Origin: Selaginella moellendorffii
Taxonomy: Eukaryota; Plantae; Lycopodiophyta
DNA: 64,000 nt
Assembly: GCF_000143415.4 (NCBI RefSeq)
Contig: NW_003314266.1
Coordinates: 3,682,004-3,746,003 of the forward strand
Direction: 5' to 3'
This document shows positions 21,486-33,407 of the stretch, one piece after another (the first letter of the stretch is position 1; each line of letters begins with the position of its first letter). The translations under genes were made by a program, and so were the position numbers. Below the pieces are notes generated by a model that was not told the origin of the DNA, did not search any database, and saw nothing but the letters and a program-made list of their open reading frames with translations.

Positions 21486-24400
21486 ATGGCGTGGGGGAGC
21501 GCTCTGTGGAGGCGCGTCAAGGTGTTCCGGGTAGCATTGCAGGTCTTCTTGGATTACAGGGTGCGTATCTCTTGCTTTTCGAGAGCTTGCGAGTGATCCA
21601 CCGGTCGAAAATTTCCAGGCCGCGCGCAAGAAGGCCGCTGGATTGCCCAAGGAGGATCAGAACCTGCTGTGGGATCGCATCCACCACAGGAATGCCGAGC
21701 GCATTTTGGCGGCGATCACCGAATTGGAGGGACTGTGGGTGAAATTTGGGCAGTATTTATCCACTCGAGCGGATGTTCTTCCGGAAGCTTACATCTCCAT
21801 GTTTCGCCAGCTCCAAGACTCACTACCTCCTCGTCCCATTGCCGAGGCAACTTGCTTTCCTCGTGTTTTTTTTTTTTCCTCTCTTTATTGATCCTTCTCT
21901 TTCGCCAGGTATCCGCTACTATAGAAAAGCAACTGGGAAAACCATTGGACGAGCTGTTCTCAGAGTTCGACCGGAAGCCTTTAGCTACTGCCTCGGTCAG
22001 TTTCTTTCGCCTTCGATTCTTTTTTCTTGTCTTAGAACTCAAGCTAACGTATTGCTTTTTCAACACAGATAGCGCAAGTTCATCGGGCGCGCATGAAGGA
22101 CGGCCGTGATGTCGTAGTGAAAGTCCAACATCAAGGCATTAAGGAGTGCGTATTACAGGTTCTACATTTTAACACCTTTTAGAGGTATTTGTAGCGTAGA
22201 GACTTAATTCTCATGCCAGCCATTGATCGGGAGTCGCTTGTCCAGGACTTGTACAATGCACGAGTGATTGTTGAGTGGGTCGCATGGGCGGAGCCTGATT
22301 ACGATTTCGGCCCTGTTCTAGACGAATGGTGCAGAGAAGTTCCCCAAGAGTTGAATTTCAACCAGGAAGCGGGTATGGACATTTCCATGCATGCTTTGTT
22401 TTTTATTTCCTTCAACTACTTCTACTTTTCTTCTTCTCCAGAAAACACCAAGAAAGTAGCACACAACCTCAAATCATGGACCAAAGACGGTACCATCAGT
22501 ATCGATCCTGTTGATGTGCTTCTACCTGAAGTCGTTCAGGTTCATGTTAAGCTTCTTGAAATCCAAGCTGCTGTAACTCGAGTTTTGTTGTTTGTTGTTA
22601 ACAGTCGGCCGAGAAAGTCCTGATTCTCACGTACATGGATGGAGTTCACATAAATGATGTGGCTGGCCTTGATAGACTAGGCGTGGACAAGCAAGCTGCT
22701 GTCGAAACTATCACCCGGGCATACGCTCACCAGATATACATCGACGGATTTCTTAATGCCGATCCTCATCCTGGCGAGTGAACTGAAACTAATTCCTAAA
22801 ATGCTAACATCTTTTCGTGAACAGGGAATTTTCTAATAAGTACTCAACCACCTTTCCGACCAATTTTACTTGACTTCGGGCTCACAAAGTTTATCTCAAT
22901 GCATTTTAGGCAGTCACTGGCGAAGATGCTTCTTTCTGCTGCCGATGTACGTCGAAAACAAAACAATGCGTGCTAATACTGCTTTGTGTAGGGAGATTAT
23001 TCTGCTTTGTTGTCCGCATTTTCTGAGATGGGGCTTGTTCTGAAGCTGGACATGCCAGAAGAGGCGATCGAAATCACCAACTTTTTTTTCCGTCGTTCTT
23101 TGCCGGCTGAGGAATCTGTGGTAAGGTTGTTTTACGTATTTGGACTTTGAGAACATTGAAACTTGACAGGCCGAAATGAAAGAGCTCGTCAAAGATAACG
23201 ATAAGCGCATCCAACGTTTAAAATCCAGGATGGACAGTAAAGAGACTCTTCGTACTCCAGTAAGTGGTCATGTTTCGAATATTTAAAGACCAATTTCCGT
23301 GACGCTTTCAGGTTTCTGCTTTCCCAACTGACGCTGTGTTTTTCATGCGAGTCCTAGGCCTACTAAGAGGTAAAGCTCTTGTGACTTTCAGAAAGAGTGG
23401 AGAGTCATTAGGATGTTGCAGGACTCTCTTCGGTACTCGGTGCGAGAGTGGTTTATCTTGAGATCATGAAGCCATACGCAGAAGCAGTACTATATAGGTT
23501 TGTACTGTTTCTATTTGCTGTAGTTTGACACGAAATTAATTGCAGTGGCGGTCGCTCTAATGGTGGGAACGAACTACCAATTTTTGATAGTCCATTGCAT
23601 TCTCAGGCTGAGGTCAAGCTCCATCAACTTTTACGTGAGATGCACAAGCAACAACGGATACTTGGTGTTCAAGTAAGTTTTTTCTATACCAGTTTTAGTT
23701 TAGAACAATGTTTTCCAGGTTTGTGCGTACAAGGATGGAAAAGTTATCGTCGATACAGCGGCTGGTTACCTTGGAAAGTATGATCCTCGCCCGGTGCGTT
23801 GTGACAGTTTGTTTCTGGTGTTCTCCGCCACAAAAGGAGTTACGGCGGCCTTGTTACACTGGCTTGCAGATCACGGGTGAGATTTTTGCGGTTATGCCAC
23901 TAAAGCTGACATCATTTGTACTTCGTTTCCTAGAAAACTATCGCTGGCGGAAAAGATTTCCAGCATCTGGCCCGAGTTTGCGGAGAATCACAAGGACGCT
24001 TGCACAGTAATATTAAATCTTAGATTTTCCTTGTGAGTCTCATTTTCTGTATGACAGGTTGCACATGCCTTGAACCATACCTGTGGCCTACAAAATGCGC
24101 TGTATGATGTGCTAAGCAAGAATCCTCTGGCTATGTGCGATTGGAGTGAGATGCTAAAGCTCATTGCAGCCGCCAAACCAGAATCACCCCCTGGCCAAGA
24201 TCAAATGTACCATGGTCGTTCTTTTGGATGGATATGCGGTGGGATAGCTGAGGTACGACGTTTCTTTGACAGGCCTCGTGCAGTTTTACATTTCTGTTTC
24301 TTTACTTGCAGAAAGCAACCGGGAAAACATTCCAACAACTTATCGAAGAAGCGTTTGTTACACCGCTGAAGGTTACTGGCGAGTTTTACGTCGGCATTCC

Positions 24401-25211
24401 TCCTGGTATAATCCAGACATTCTCTAGTCTATGACATGCGTTATAAAACAAACGTTTCTTACTGGCAGGCGTGGAGGAGCGCCTCGCATCGCTCACTATG
24501 GATCCCGAGGAGCTCAAGAACATACCCGCGGCATCGCATCTCTCGACGCTGCAAGTAGGGTCGACTAGCGATGGCGTCGGACCGGCGTCACTCGAAGACT
24601 TCCTGACAAACGGATCGCCTCTGTCCTTGAGCTCGCTGCCAAGCCTTTTCAACATGCTCTTCATCAGGCGGGCAACCATCCCATCTGCAAACGGCCACTT
24701 CTCGGCCCGGGCACTGGCGCGCTTCTACGCGATGCTTGCAAGTGGTGGACGCGTCCCCCCCGGCACGTCCTCGTCCAAGCCACCTCTCGGCAGCCACGCT
24801 CATCGACCGCACCTGGGAGGATCCTCGAGGAGCTTGTCATCAGACTTGAGTGGGGGCCAGATCCACTTCCAGGAAGAGGAAGACGCACCGGCAAAGATCT
24901 TCACCAGTGGTGACATCCACGACGCGTTTGTAGGGGGCGGGAGGTACAGCGGCCTGGTTGCTAGAGACGGCGAGAAGTTTGGGCTTGGGTTTTGGAAGCA
25001 CAAGACTGCTGATACAGGGAGGAAGAAGATGGCATTTGGACACTCTGGGATTGGGGGTTCGTTTGGCTACTGCGACCCCGACAACGATTTCGCGATGGTG
25101 ATCACGGTGACCAAGATGACGTTCGGGCAAGTGTCGGGTGATATCGTACGACTCGTCTGCTCGGAGATCGGGATCCCATGTCCACTGGCGATGGAGAGGC
25201 CTTCCCAGTGA
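21486..25211 (+). CDS. ABC1 kinase/beta-lactamase fusion, copy 2 (diverging)
   Basis: Same exon structure as copy 1. Last-exon indels are in frame. Substitutions include FFNADPH>FLNADPH, FPVFS>FLVFS and YHAL>YHGR, and one donor is GT>GC (22774). No frameshift noticed, but not exhaustively checked. Confidence 0.8.
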
Positions 25212-25698
25212 GAGATGGTCCATGTATTAATTGGATCATATAGTAGAAACCTTAAACGTTGCATGGGAAGTAAATCGAGTCAACTTATAAAACGAAAACA
25301 AGTCTTGGCCTTACGGTGGTCAATGCTGATCTATCATGAAAACAACTTCCTCTTCAGCCCTTGACTAGAAAACCACCATCGCTCCAATTAATTTGTGGTC
25401 AAGAATATTTTTTAAAAATATTTCTACGTTTTTAACCCCTAAACCTTAGGCCCACAAATAACAAAAATAATGTGCAATCACATAATGTTTTTATTTCATA
25501 TATTTCACATTTTTTTCCAGGCCGCGTAGAACCTCCTTCCAAATGCCATCATTGCTATACCTACAAAATCAAGTGTTATGTATGCAGCTCTGCTTCATGT
25601 GGGAATGCAGATCAGCTACTCTCCTAAAAGCCTTTTTATTCTGGGTGAAGCTTGCCTGAGGATTTATTCTGTCGCTTTAATAACCTAAAAGAATAGTC

Positions 25699-26579
25699 TT
25701 GGCGGCTTGGCGATGGGGCAGAAGCAGCGTACCGTTTCCATGGGAGGACCTGAATCTGCCGTCTATAGAGGAGCTACGGAACGCTCCCCCTTGTGTTCTT
25801 GCAAAGCTCGAGCTAAGCAACCACGAGCAGCGCCAGTGGCTGCTTGAAAACTCTGCCATCATTGGTTACTCAGGCTGGCTCACCTACGGAATGGTGGTGG
25901 AGCACCTCTGCGCAAGGAATACGCTCCTGCCGCCGCAGGGCGCTGTGCTCGAGGGGAGGATGACGGTTGCTCTGGATCTGGATCCTCCACGTCAATTCTG
26001 CTGCACCGGCGGAGCCAGTGTGATTTCGAGGTGAGAGATAATGGCAGTCGCAAGTGCATCAAGAAGCTACCGCATCTCGACGAGTTTCTTTACGCCCTGG
26101 CGCTGTTTGCCGAGGTTGTGCTCTTCAGCTCGGCCCCCTACGCAGCTCGCGTTGTCAAGCAGCTGGATCCTCGCGGGACTCGCTTCCGGTACGTTCTTGG
26201 CCTCAGTGATTGCACGCTGTGGCACGACACCCGCCTCGGCAAGGAGGTGGTTGTGCTGGTGGACGACGACCCTGGCTTCTTTTGCCAACCTGGGAGTGGC
26301 AACGAGATTGTGATTGGGAAGTTCACTGGGCAGAGGAGCGACGACGAGCTTCTCAAGCGACTTCCTGTGTTGCAGTCTCTGGCACAGCTCGACGACGTGA
26401 GGCCTGCTGTGCGCACTTATCAGCAGCCTCCAGCACAAGGTAATAATAGTTCACTTGTTCTCGATCTAAAACCTTCAATGGTGTTGGTTTTCTACGTAGT
26501 TGTGAGAGGTCAAGGGCTGAAGAGGACGTGGCGAATGGCTATAGAGGACAAGTATTCGAGGAAGTTGTTTTCATGTTAA
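25699..26579 (+). pseudogene. CTD small phosphatase-like pseudogene, copy 2
   Basis: The DxDxT motif is destroyed by a deletion (LDLD-P) with a frameshift. The remainder reads as ORF 26031-26579. Confidence 0.85.
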
Positions 26580-26687
26580 GGTTTGGTGAAGTTGACGATT
26601 AGAATTAGTTGACCAGAACTAAGACTTGTATTCGTTTATAAGTTGACTTAATGCAACGTGGGGTTTCTTATTTGATCCATTTGATGC

Positions 26688-26875
26688 AGAAGGAAACAAA
26701 CCCGGAAGCGGGTATATCCAAAAGGTGGCAGCAAGAGACATCATGACCATCGTCGCGTGTGAAGGGCTGGATCGAGTGGACACGTATCGCATCTGGGATG
26801 CTCGGGTGAAGCGAGCAGGCTTCGAAGGGGTGGCAGTGACGGAGGAGATTTACGAGAAAGTGAGTGGCGCCTGCA
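26688..26875 (+). pseudogene. 3' fragment of GRAS type B, copy 2
   Basis: AARDIMTIVACEGLDRVDTYRIWDARVKRAGFEGVAVTEEIYEKV. Confidence 0.85.
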
Positions 26876-26931
26876 CGAGCAGGAACAAAGAAGTTAAAGA
26901 AAGAATGTAGCTGGTTACAGGCACAGGGTGG

Positions 26932-28182
26932 ATGACTGGTGTTTGAAGCGCGCTAGCTTCTCAATCGGCTTCCAGACGCTCAAAGCATTGAAACCTACAT
27001 CTTTCTCGTCCATTCAGCAAGTCAAGTTCTCGCAAAACGGACATGACCATCTCGAGCGCTGCGGTCCCAGGTTTTGCACGAGGAGATGCGCTCCACACGG
27101 TTATGTCCATGGCACCTATGGCACACACCTCGATGAACTTATCCATGAAGTCAAGCTGCGACTGGTCGATCAACCCGAGCTTCATCGTCTCCTCAAACGA
27201 CTCCAGCCTTGCCAGGAAGCTCCTCCAGGCCCTGTCGAAGCGGTGGATGAAAAACGGAGAGCCCATGTCTGCGTCCACCACGGACTGGAACAACATAACA
27301 GGCTTGAAGCTGAGGGTCTTCTCGAAGAAGAGCTTCCGGGGCTGTCGATGATCCCGTCCTCGCAGACGTGCCGCATCCAAAGGATGATATCTCGGCTGCG
27401 CTGACTCCCATGCCACGGTGGCGACGGAGTGCAACTCGAGGTGCATCCCACACGTAGTCGACCAGCCGGTTTTCTCGAGGTTGACACGGGACGGGAAGTT
27501 AATGCCGGTGATCTTGAATAGTGGCAGCCCCTCAGCTCTCTCGGACAGCGCCTTGATGAGCGACGGCCACTGATCGCCATAGAGGACCCCATAGTCAATT
27601 ATGTGGACGCGCTTGGCAGGATCATCTGGTTGGTGAAGCGCTCCATGGCCCGGAGGCTGGGAAGATTCATCCGGATGGAGATACTCTGCATCCTCGTCAC
27701 GTCCTGGTGCATCGCAGCGTACATCCGAGCTCCACACCCGGACAGCCTTCTCCACTGGACGCAACTGAGGTGAGGCTAAAGTTCTGATCTCTCTCACGAG
27801 CTCATGGACTTGGGTAGAATTGTTGGCAGCCACGGCGGGTGCAGTCCATGAGCCTTAAGCTGTGGAAAGAGACGGTGGAGGTGCGGAGGAAGAGAGGCGG
27901 CGTCCACGGACGAGGTACTGCTAGCACAAGAATTTGGGGAGAGACAAGGAGACAATTTCCGTGAGCTCGCAGAGCAGTACCAGGTAAGAGGTTTGCTGTT
28001 GTTGTGGCAACTTGAGGCTCCAAGCCATCCTTTTCTTCAAGTATTCTGGTGAGATAGTCGAGCCGCGAGCAATCAAAGAGGGACTGCTGCTCCTGGGAAG
28101 AGATTTGAGCCTGGACTGACTCTAGGAGGATTTGATAGCGCACCAAAGCGGCTCGCAGTTGTAAGCATGGATTGCTGTCCAT
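26932..28182 (-). pseudogene. inverted GRAS type A pseudogene, copy 2
   Basis: Shares most deletions with 15500-16714 and has private ones. Confidence 0.9.
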
Positions 28183-28416
28183 TTGTACAGTAGGTCGGTA
28201 ATTTACACTTAATTTTAATGCAACTTTGAATATAGAATAAATGGTGATCTTTCACTAATGTAAATTAAAATCTTTTAATCAAGATTAGTCTTTGCATCAC
28301 AGGTGACAAGTGTTTTCTTATTATGAGGATTAGATGGCTATAACAATCAATTTGTGATTGTCAATATGAGGCGTGGAATGGGTGGCACCCGGGGTCATGG
28401 AAAGCCCTAGAATTAG

Positions 28417-29425
28417 TCACTGATGCTTTGATCTCCCGGAGCAAAAACTCTGTGGTCTCGCGATGTCATCAAACTCATCGTCATAACGGCCATCGTCTTT
28501 AGCTAGAAGTAGCAGCAGTGGCAAATAGAGCGTAGGCTTGATCTTCTTCACGCACTCAAGGACGCTGAACCAGGCTTTGTCGCTTATCTGTGACGAAGAG
28601 GCACACAAGATGAGCATCTCGCTCATCCTCTCTCTCACCAAGCAGCCATTTGCGAATATCTCATAAAAAATCCGAGGTATTCGATTGAAGTCCCTAGCTT
28701 GTGGAGCCTTGATGAGCATCATGTAGAAGGCTGCCTTTGGAAACACGGCCAAGTTCTTGAGCTTGTCACACATGGCCCCGACCTCCACCACCATACCTTT
28801 GGTTCATCAAGATCCCGTAAGTCATATGATCTGGCTAATGCTTCTCCTCTTCCATCTCTTGATCAAGCTCTCTGCCCTCTGGATGTTGTCACTCTCTACA
28901 CGCACCTTGGGCAACGTGTTGTAGATGAGCTTCCATTTCTTCCGCTTGATGGTGTTGTAGGGCCTGGTGTACATGTCGATGAGGATGCTAAGAGTTATCT
29001 CCGACGGCTCCAAGCCATAGCTTGCCAGCTTGTCAACATCCCTTGGGCGAGCGTGACTTTCCTTGCTCATCCTAGAGTTCCAATCAAAATGTTAAAGAGA
29101 ACTTGATCTTGCACTTGCTCCATGTCTGGAAGAGCCGCAAGATCACCTGTTAGTCCCCAACTCTCGAGTAGATGTTTGTGATCACACCAAGTTCAAGATG
29201 AGGGAATTGCCCACCTGGATCTGAACTCGATGGTCCGGGCTTCCAGTTCTTCCGCATTATCTGGTAGAGGTCCATGGTCTATGCCATTCTTCCAGCCTTC
29301 CTGTAGAGGTCGATCATGACACTATATGTAACTCTGTCAGAAGAAACCCCGGTTTCACAAAGCGGCCATGGCATCCTCACGGAACACTTGGAACAGCTAA
29401 CAAAGATGCTGAAAGTGTAATTGTC
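28417..29425 (-). pseudogene. PPR-like pseudogene, copy 2
   Basis: Near-identical to 16972-18010. Confidence 0.65.
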
Positions 29426-29740
29426 CACTCCCTTATATTAAACCCTTGTTTTTAGTAAAGAACTTTACCACTGTGTTGTAATATACATCCACCCATACCA
29501 AGTATACATCCCCTCTTGCGGACTTTCCACACTTTGTCTTTTATGTCTGTAGCAAAATAAACTAGTCCACCAAATCTTCTCCTCCTTTTCAATTCTCAAT
29601 TATATTGTTTAAAGACTTTTTAATCTCAATTAAATTTTTTATTTTACATTGGTGGAAAATGTCAAACATAAACATGATAGCTCTCTCCAAAACTACCACT
29701 AGTGATAACAGTGTAAATTCTTGACCTGTGGCTATTACAA

Positions 29741-31168
29741 ATGGACAGCGATCTATGCTTGCAATTGCGAGCCGCTTTGCTGCGCCATCAAATCCCTCTC
29801 GAGCCAGTCCAGGCTCAAATCTCTTCCCAGCAGCATCACTCCCTCTTTGATCGCTCGCGGCTCGACTATCTCACGAGAATTCTGGAAGAAAACGATGAGG
29901 AGCTCCAGCTGCCACAACAACAGCAAACCTCTTACCAGGTACTGCTCCGCGAGCTCACGGAATGTCTCTCCCCCAATTCTTGTGCTAGCAGTTCCTTGTC
30001 AATGGACACCGCCTCTCCTCCTCATTTTCCCTCGCGCACCTCCACCGTCTCCTTCCACAGCTTGCTCATGGACTGCGCCCGAGCAGTGGCTGCCAACAAT
30101 TCCACCAAAGTCCATGAGCTCGTGAGAGAGATCAGAACTTTAGCCTCACCTCAGTCGCGTCCGGTGGAGAAGGCCGCGCTCTACTTCACCAACGCGCTCG
30201 TCGCGAGGCTGGCCGGGTGTGGAGCTCGGATGTACGCCGCGATGCGCCAGGACGTGACGACGATCCAGAGTATCTCCATCCGGATGAATCTTCCCAGCCT
30301 CCGGGCCACGGAGCGCTTCGCCAACCAGATGATCCTCGATGCCTGCCGTGGTGCCAAGCGTGTCCACATCGTCGACTATGGGATCCTCTACGGCGACCAG
30401 TGGCCGTCGCTCATCAAGGCGCTGTCCGAGAGAGCCGAGGGGCCGCCACTGTTGAAGATCACAGGCATCGACTTCCCGTCCCTTGTCAACCTCGAGAAAA
30501 CTGGAAACCGGCTGGTCGACTACGCAAAGTCGTGTGGGATGCACCTCGAGTTCCACTCCATCGCCACCGCGGCGTGGGAGTCAGCGCAGCCGAGATACCA
30601 TCTCTTCAGCGAGCTTCTCTTCGTCAACTGCCAGCTGAGGATGCGGCACATCCGCGAGGACGGGATCATCGACAGCCCCCGGAAGCTCTTCCTCGAGAAG
30701 ATCCTCAGTTTCAAGCCTGTTATGTTTTTCCAGTCCGTGGTGCACGCTGACATCGGCTCTCCGTTTTTCATCCACCGCTTCGACGGGGCCTGGAGGAGCT
30801 TCCTGGCGAGGCTGGAGTCGTTCGAGGAGACGATGAAGCTCGAATTGATCGACCAGTCGCAGCTTGATTTCATGGATAAGTTCATCGAGAAGTGCGCCAT
30901 GGGTGCCATTGCCTGTGACGGGCAGAACCGTGTGGAGCGTATCTCTTCGTACAAAACCTGGGATCGCCTGGCTCGGAAAGGCCAGTTCGGACAGCTTCCA
31001 GTCAGCAAACGAGCGCTCGAGATGGTCATGTCCGTTTGGAGCGGACACGAGAACTTCACGTACGGAATGGACGAGAACTGGCTGCTGCTTGGCTGGAAAG
31101 ACGTAGTCTTGAATGCTTTGAGCGTCTGGGAGCCCATTGAGAAGCTACCGCGCTTCAAACACCAGTGA
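29741..31168 (+). CDS. GRAS transcription factor, LISCL-like type A, copy 2 (intact)
   Basis: 475 aa with RVHIVDYGILYGDQWP, GPPLLKITGID, NRVER, WLLLGWK and SVW. Confidence 0.93.
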   Translation: MDSDLCLQLRAALLRHQIPLEPVQAQISSQQHHSLFDRSRLDYLTRILEENDEELQLPQQQQTSYQVLLRELTECLSPNSCASSSLSMDTASPPHFPSRTSTVSFHSLLMDCARAVAANNSTKVHELVREIRTLASPQSRPVEKAALYFTNALVARLAGCGARMYAAMRQDVTTIQSISIRMNLPSLRATERFANQMILDACRGAKRVHIVDYGILYGDQWPSLIKALSERAEGPPLLKITGIDFPSLVNLEKTGNRLVDYAKSCGMHLEFHSIATAAWESAQPRYHLFSELLFVNCQLRMRHIREDGIIDSPRKLFLEKILSFKPVMFFQSVVHADIGSPFFIHRFDGAWRSFLARLESFEETMKLELIDQSQLDFMDKFIEKCAMGAIACDGQNRVERISSYKTWDRLARKGQFGQLPVSKRALEMVMSVWSGHENFTYGMDENWLLLGWKDVVLNALSVWEPIEKLPRFKHQ

Positions 31169-31303
31169 TCCACCCTGTACCTACATTCTTTTTGTAACTT
31201 CTTTGTTCCTGATCGTGTCCTTCCTGTAAGGAGACGATTTAAATGTCTTCAAAGAACACTCAAGAGGCACTTACCTTGTCATGGAAGTTCTCAAGTCCAT
31301 CGC

Positions 31304-31805
31304 TATAGAATCTGAAACATGTAAAGATGTAGTACATCTGAGATCACCATATGGCTGAGACACGTGGTGACACGTGGTGGATCTGGAGAGTCACTGACTC
31401 TCACCTGTGTATGTATAGAGATGATGATATTTAAGTGATAGAGTTTTTCTCTTCTTCCTTAGTTTTCAACAAAACATACCAGCCACTTGTAGGACACGCT
31501 TTGGTTGCCAAGCAGTTATCGTGTAAAACACTGTGTCCTTCCACCCCAGCAACATTCAGTTTCCATCTCTTCCAAAGCCGAAGTCAGGGTTCCTGAAATT
31601 TCCACAAGCGCTCCTCACTTTATGGTAAATCTCCTCCTTCAGTGCCACCCCTTCGAAGCCCGAGCATCCCAGATGCGATACAAGGCCGCTCTCTCCACTC
31701 GATCGAGCCCTTCGCACGCGACGATGTTCATGATATCTCCTGCGGCCACCTTTTGAATAAATCCGTGCTCTTCCAGCTTTCCTTCTGCCACCGCTTCAAA
31801 GTACT
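31304..31805 (-). pseudogene. 3' remnant of GRAS type B interrupted by a solo LTR
   Basis: EYFEAVAEGKLEEHGFIQKVAAGDIMNIVACEGLDRVERAA matches 36415-36775. Truncated at 31805. Confidence 0.85.
31320..31471. mobile_element. 152-bp solo LTR (TG...CA) with 5-bp target-site duplication AAACA
   Basis: Absent from the paralogous site (36424-36440 ctgaaacataccagcc). Flanked by aaaca at 31315-31319 and 31472-31476. Starts TGTAAAG and ends TTTCAACA. Confidence 0.85.
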
Positions 31806-32328
31806 CGCTCGGGCAAGTGTCGGGTGATATCGTACGACTCGTCTGCTCGGAGATCGGGATCCCATGTCCACTGGCGATGGAGAGGCCTTCCCAGTGATAG
31901 ATGGTCCAGGTATCAAATGGGTCAAATAGTAGAAACCTTAAACGTTGCATGGGAAGTACTTATAAAACGAAAACAAGTCTTGGCCTTACGGTGGTCAATG
32001 CTGATCTATCATGAAAACAACTTCCTCAAACCTCTATATCAGCCCGTTTGTCAAGAATATTTTTTAGAAATATTTCTAGGTTTTTAACCCCTAAACCTTG
32101 GCCACAAATAACTGGCGGATTTTGCATGAACTGTTAAGTGCAAACAGTGGTGTAAAAATAATGTGATGTTTTTATTTCATATAATTCCTCCAAAAGCTGA
32201 CATCATTGCCATACCTACAAAATCAAATATGCAGCTGGGAATCCAGATCCTAAAAGCCTTTTTAATCTAAGTGAAGCTTGCCTGCTTTAAAAACCTAAAA
32301 GAATAATCTTGGCACATCTAAGGGTTTC

Positions 32329-33218
32329 ATGGGCGATCAGCGTACCGTTTCCATGGGAGGACCTGAATCAGAGGAGCTACGGAACGCTCTCCCTTGTGTT
32401 CTTGCAAAGCTGGAGCTAAGCAACCACAAACAGCGCCAGTGGCTGCTTGAAAACTCTGCCATCATTGATTACTCAGGCTGGCTCAGGGAACTGCTAGAAT
32501 GCAAGACCTACGGAATGGTGGTAGAGCACCTCTGCGCAAGGAATACGCTCCTGCCGCCGCAGGACGCTGTGCTCGAGGGGAGGATGACGGTTGCGCTGGA
32601 TCTGGACAACACACTCATCTCCCCCTCGTCAATTCTCTGGCGGAGCCAGTGTGATTTCGAGGTGAGAGATAATGGCAGTCGCAAGTGCATCGCATCTCGA
32701 CGAGTTCCTGGACGCCCTGGCGCTGTTTGCCGAGGTTGTGCTCTTCAGCTCAGCCCCCTACGCAGCTCGCGTTGTCAAGCAGCTGGATCCACGTTCTTGG
32801 CCTCAGTGATTGCACGCTGTGGCACGACACCCGCCTCGGCAAGGAGGCGCTGTTCAAGGATCTGGCCATCCTCGGCAGGGACTTGCGCAAGGTTGTGCTG
32901 GTGGACAACGACCCTGGCTTCTTTTGCCAACCTGGGAGTGGCAACGAGATTGTGATTGGGAAGTTCACTGGGCAGAGGAGCGACGACGGGCTTCTCAAGC
33001 TACTTCCTGTGTTGCAGTCTCTGGCACAGCTTGACGACGTGAGGCCTGCTGTGCGCACTTATCAGCAGCCTCAAGCACAAGGTAATAATAGTTCACTTGT
33101 TCTCGATCTAAAAGCTTCAATGGTGTTGGTTTTCTACGTTGTTGTGAGAGGTCAAGCGCTGAGGACGTGGCGAATGGCTATAGAGGACAAGTATTCGAGG
33201 AAGTTGTTTTCATGTTAA
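32329..33218 (+). pseudogene. CTD small phosphatase-like pseudogene, copy 3
   Basis: LLPPQDAVLEGRMTVALDLDNTL is intact, then deletions shift the frame at KCI and QLDP. Confidence 0.85.
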
Positions 33219-33407
33219 GGTTTGGTGAAGTTGACGATTAGAATTAGTTGACCAGAACTAAGACGTTTATAAGTTGACTCAATGCATTCTCTTATTTGAT
33301 CCATTTGATGCAGGAGGAAACCAAACCCGGAAGCGGGAATGGGTGGCACCCATGGAAAGCCCTCTGGAATGGGTGGCACCCGGGGTCATGGAAAGCCCTA
33401 GAATTAT

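Larger units (their letters stand above)
20393..31805 (+). repeat. segmental duplication unit, copy 2
   Basis: Collinear with 8942-20392, then continues into a GRAS-B 3' remnant matching 36290-36775. Confidence 0.9.
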
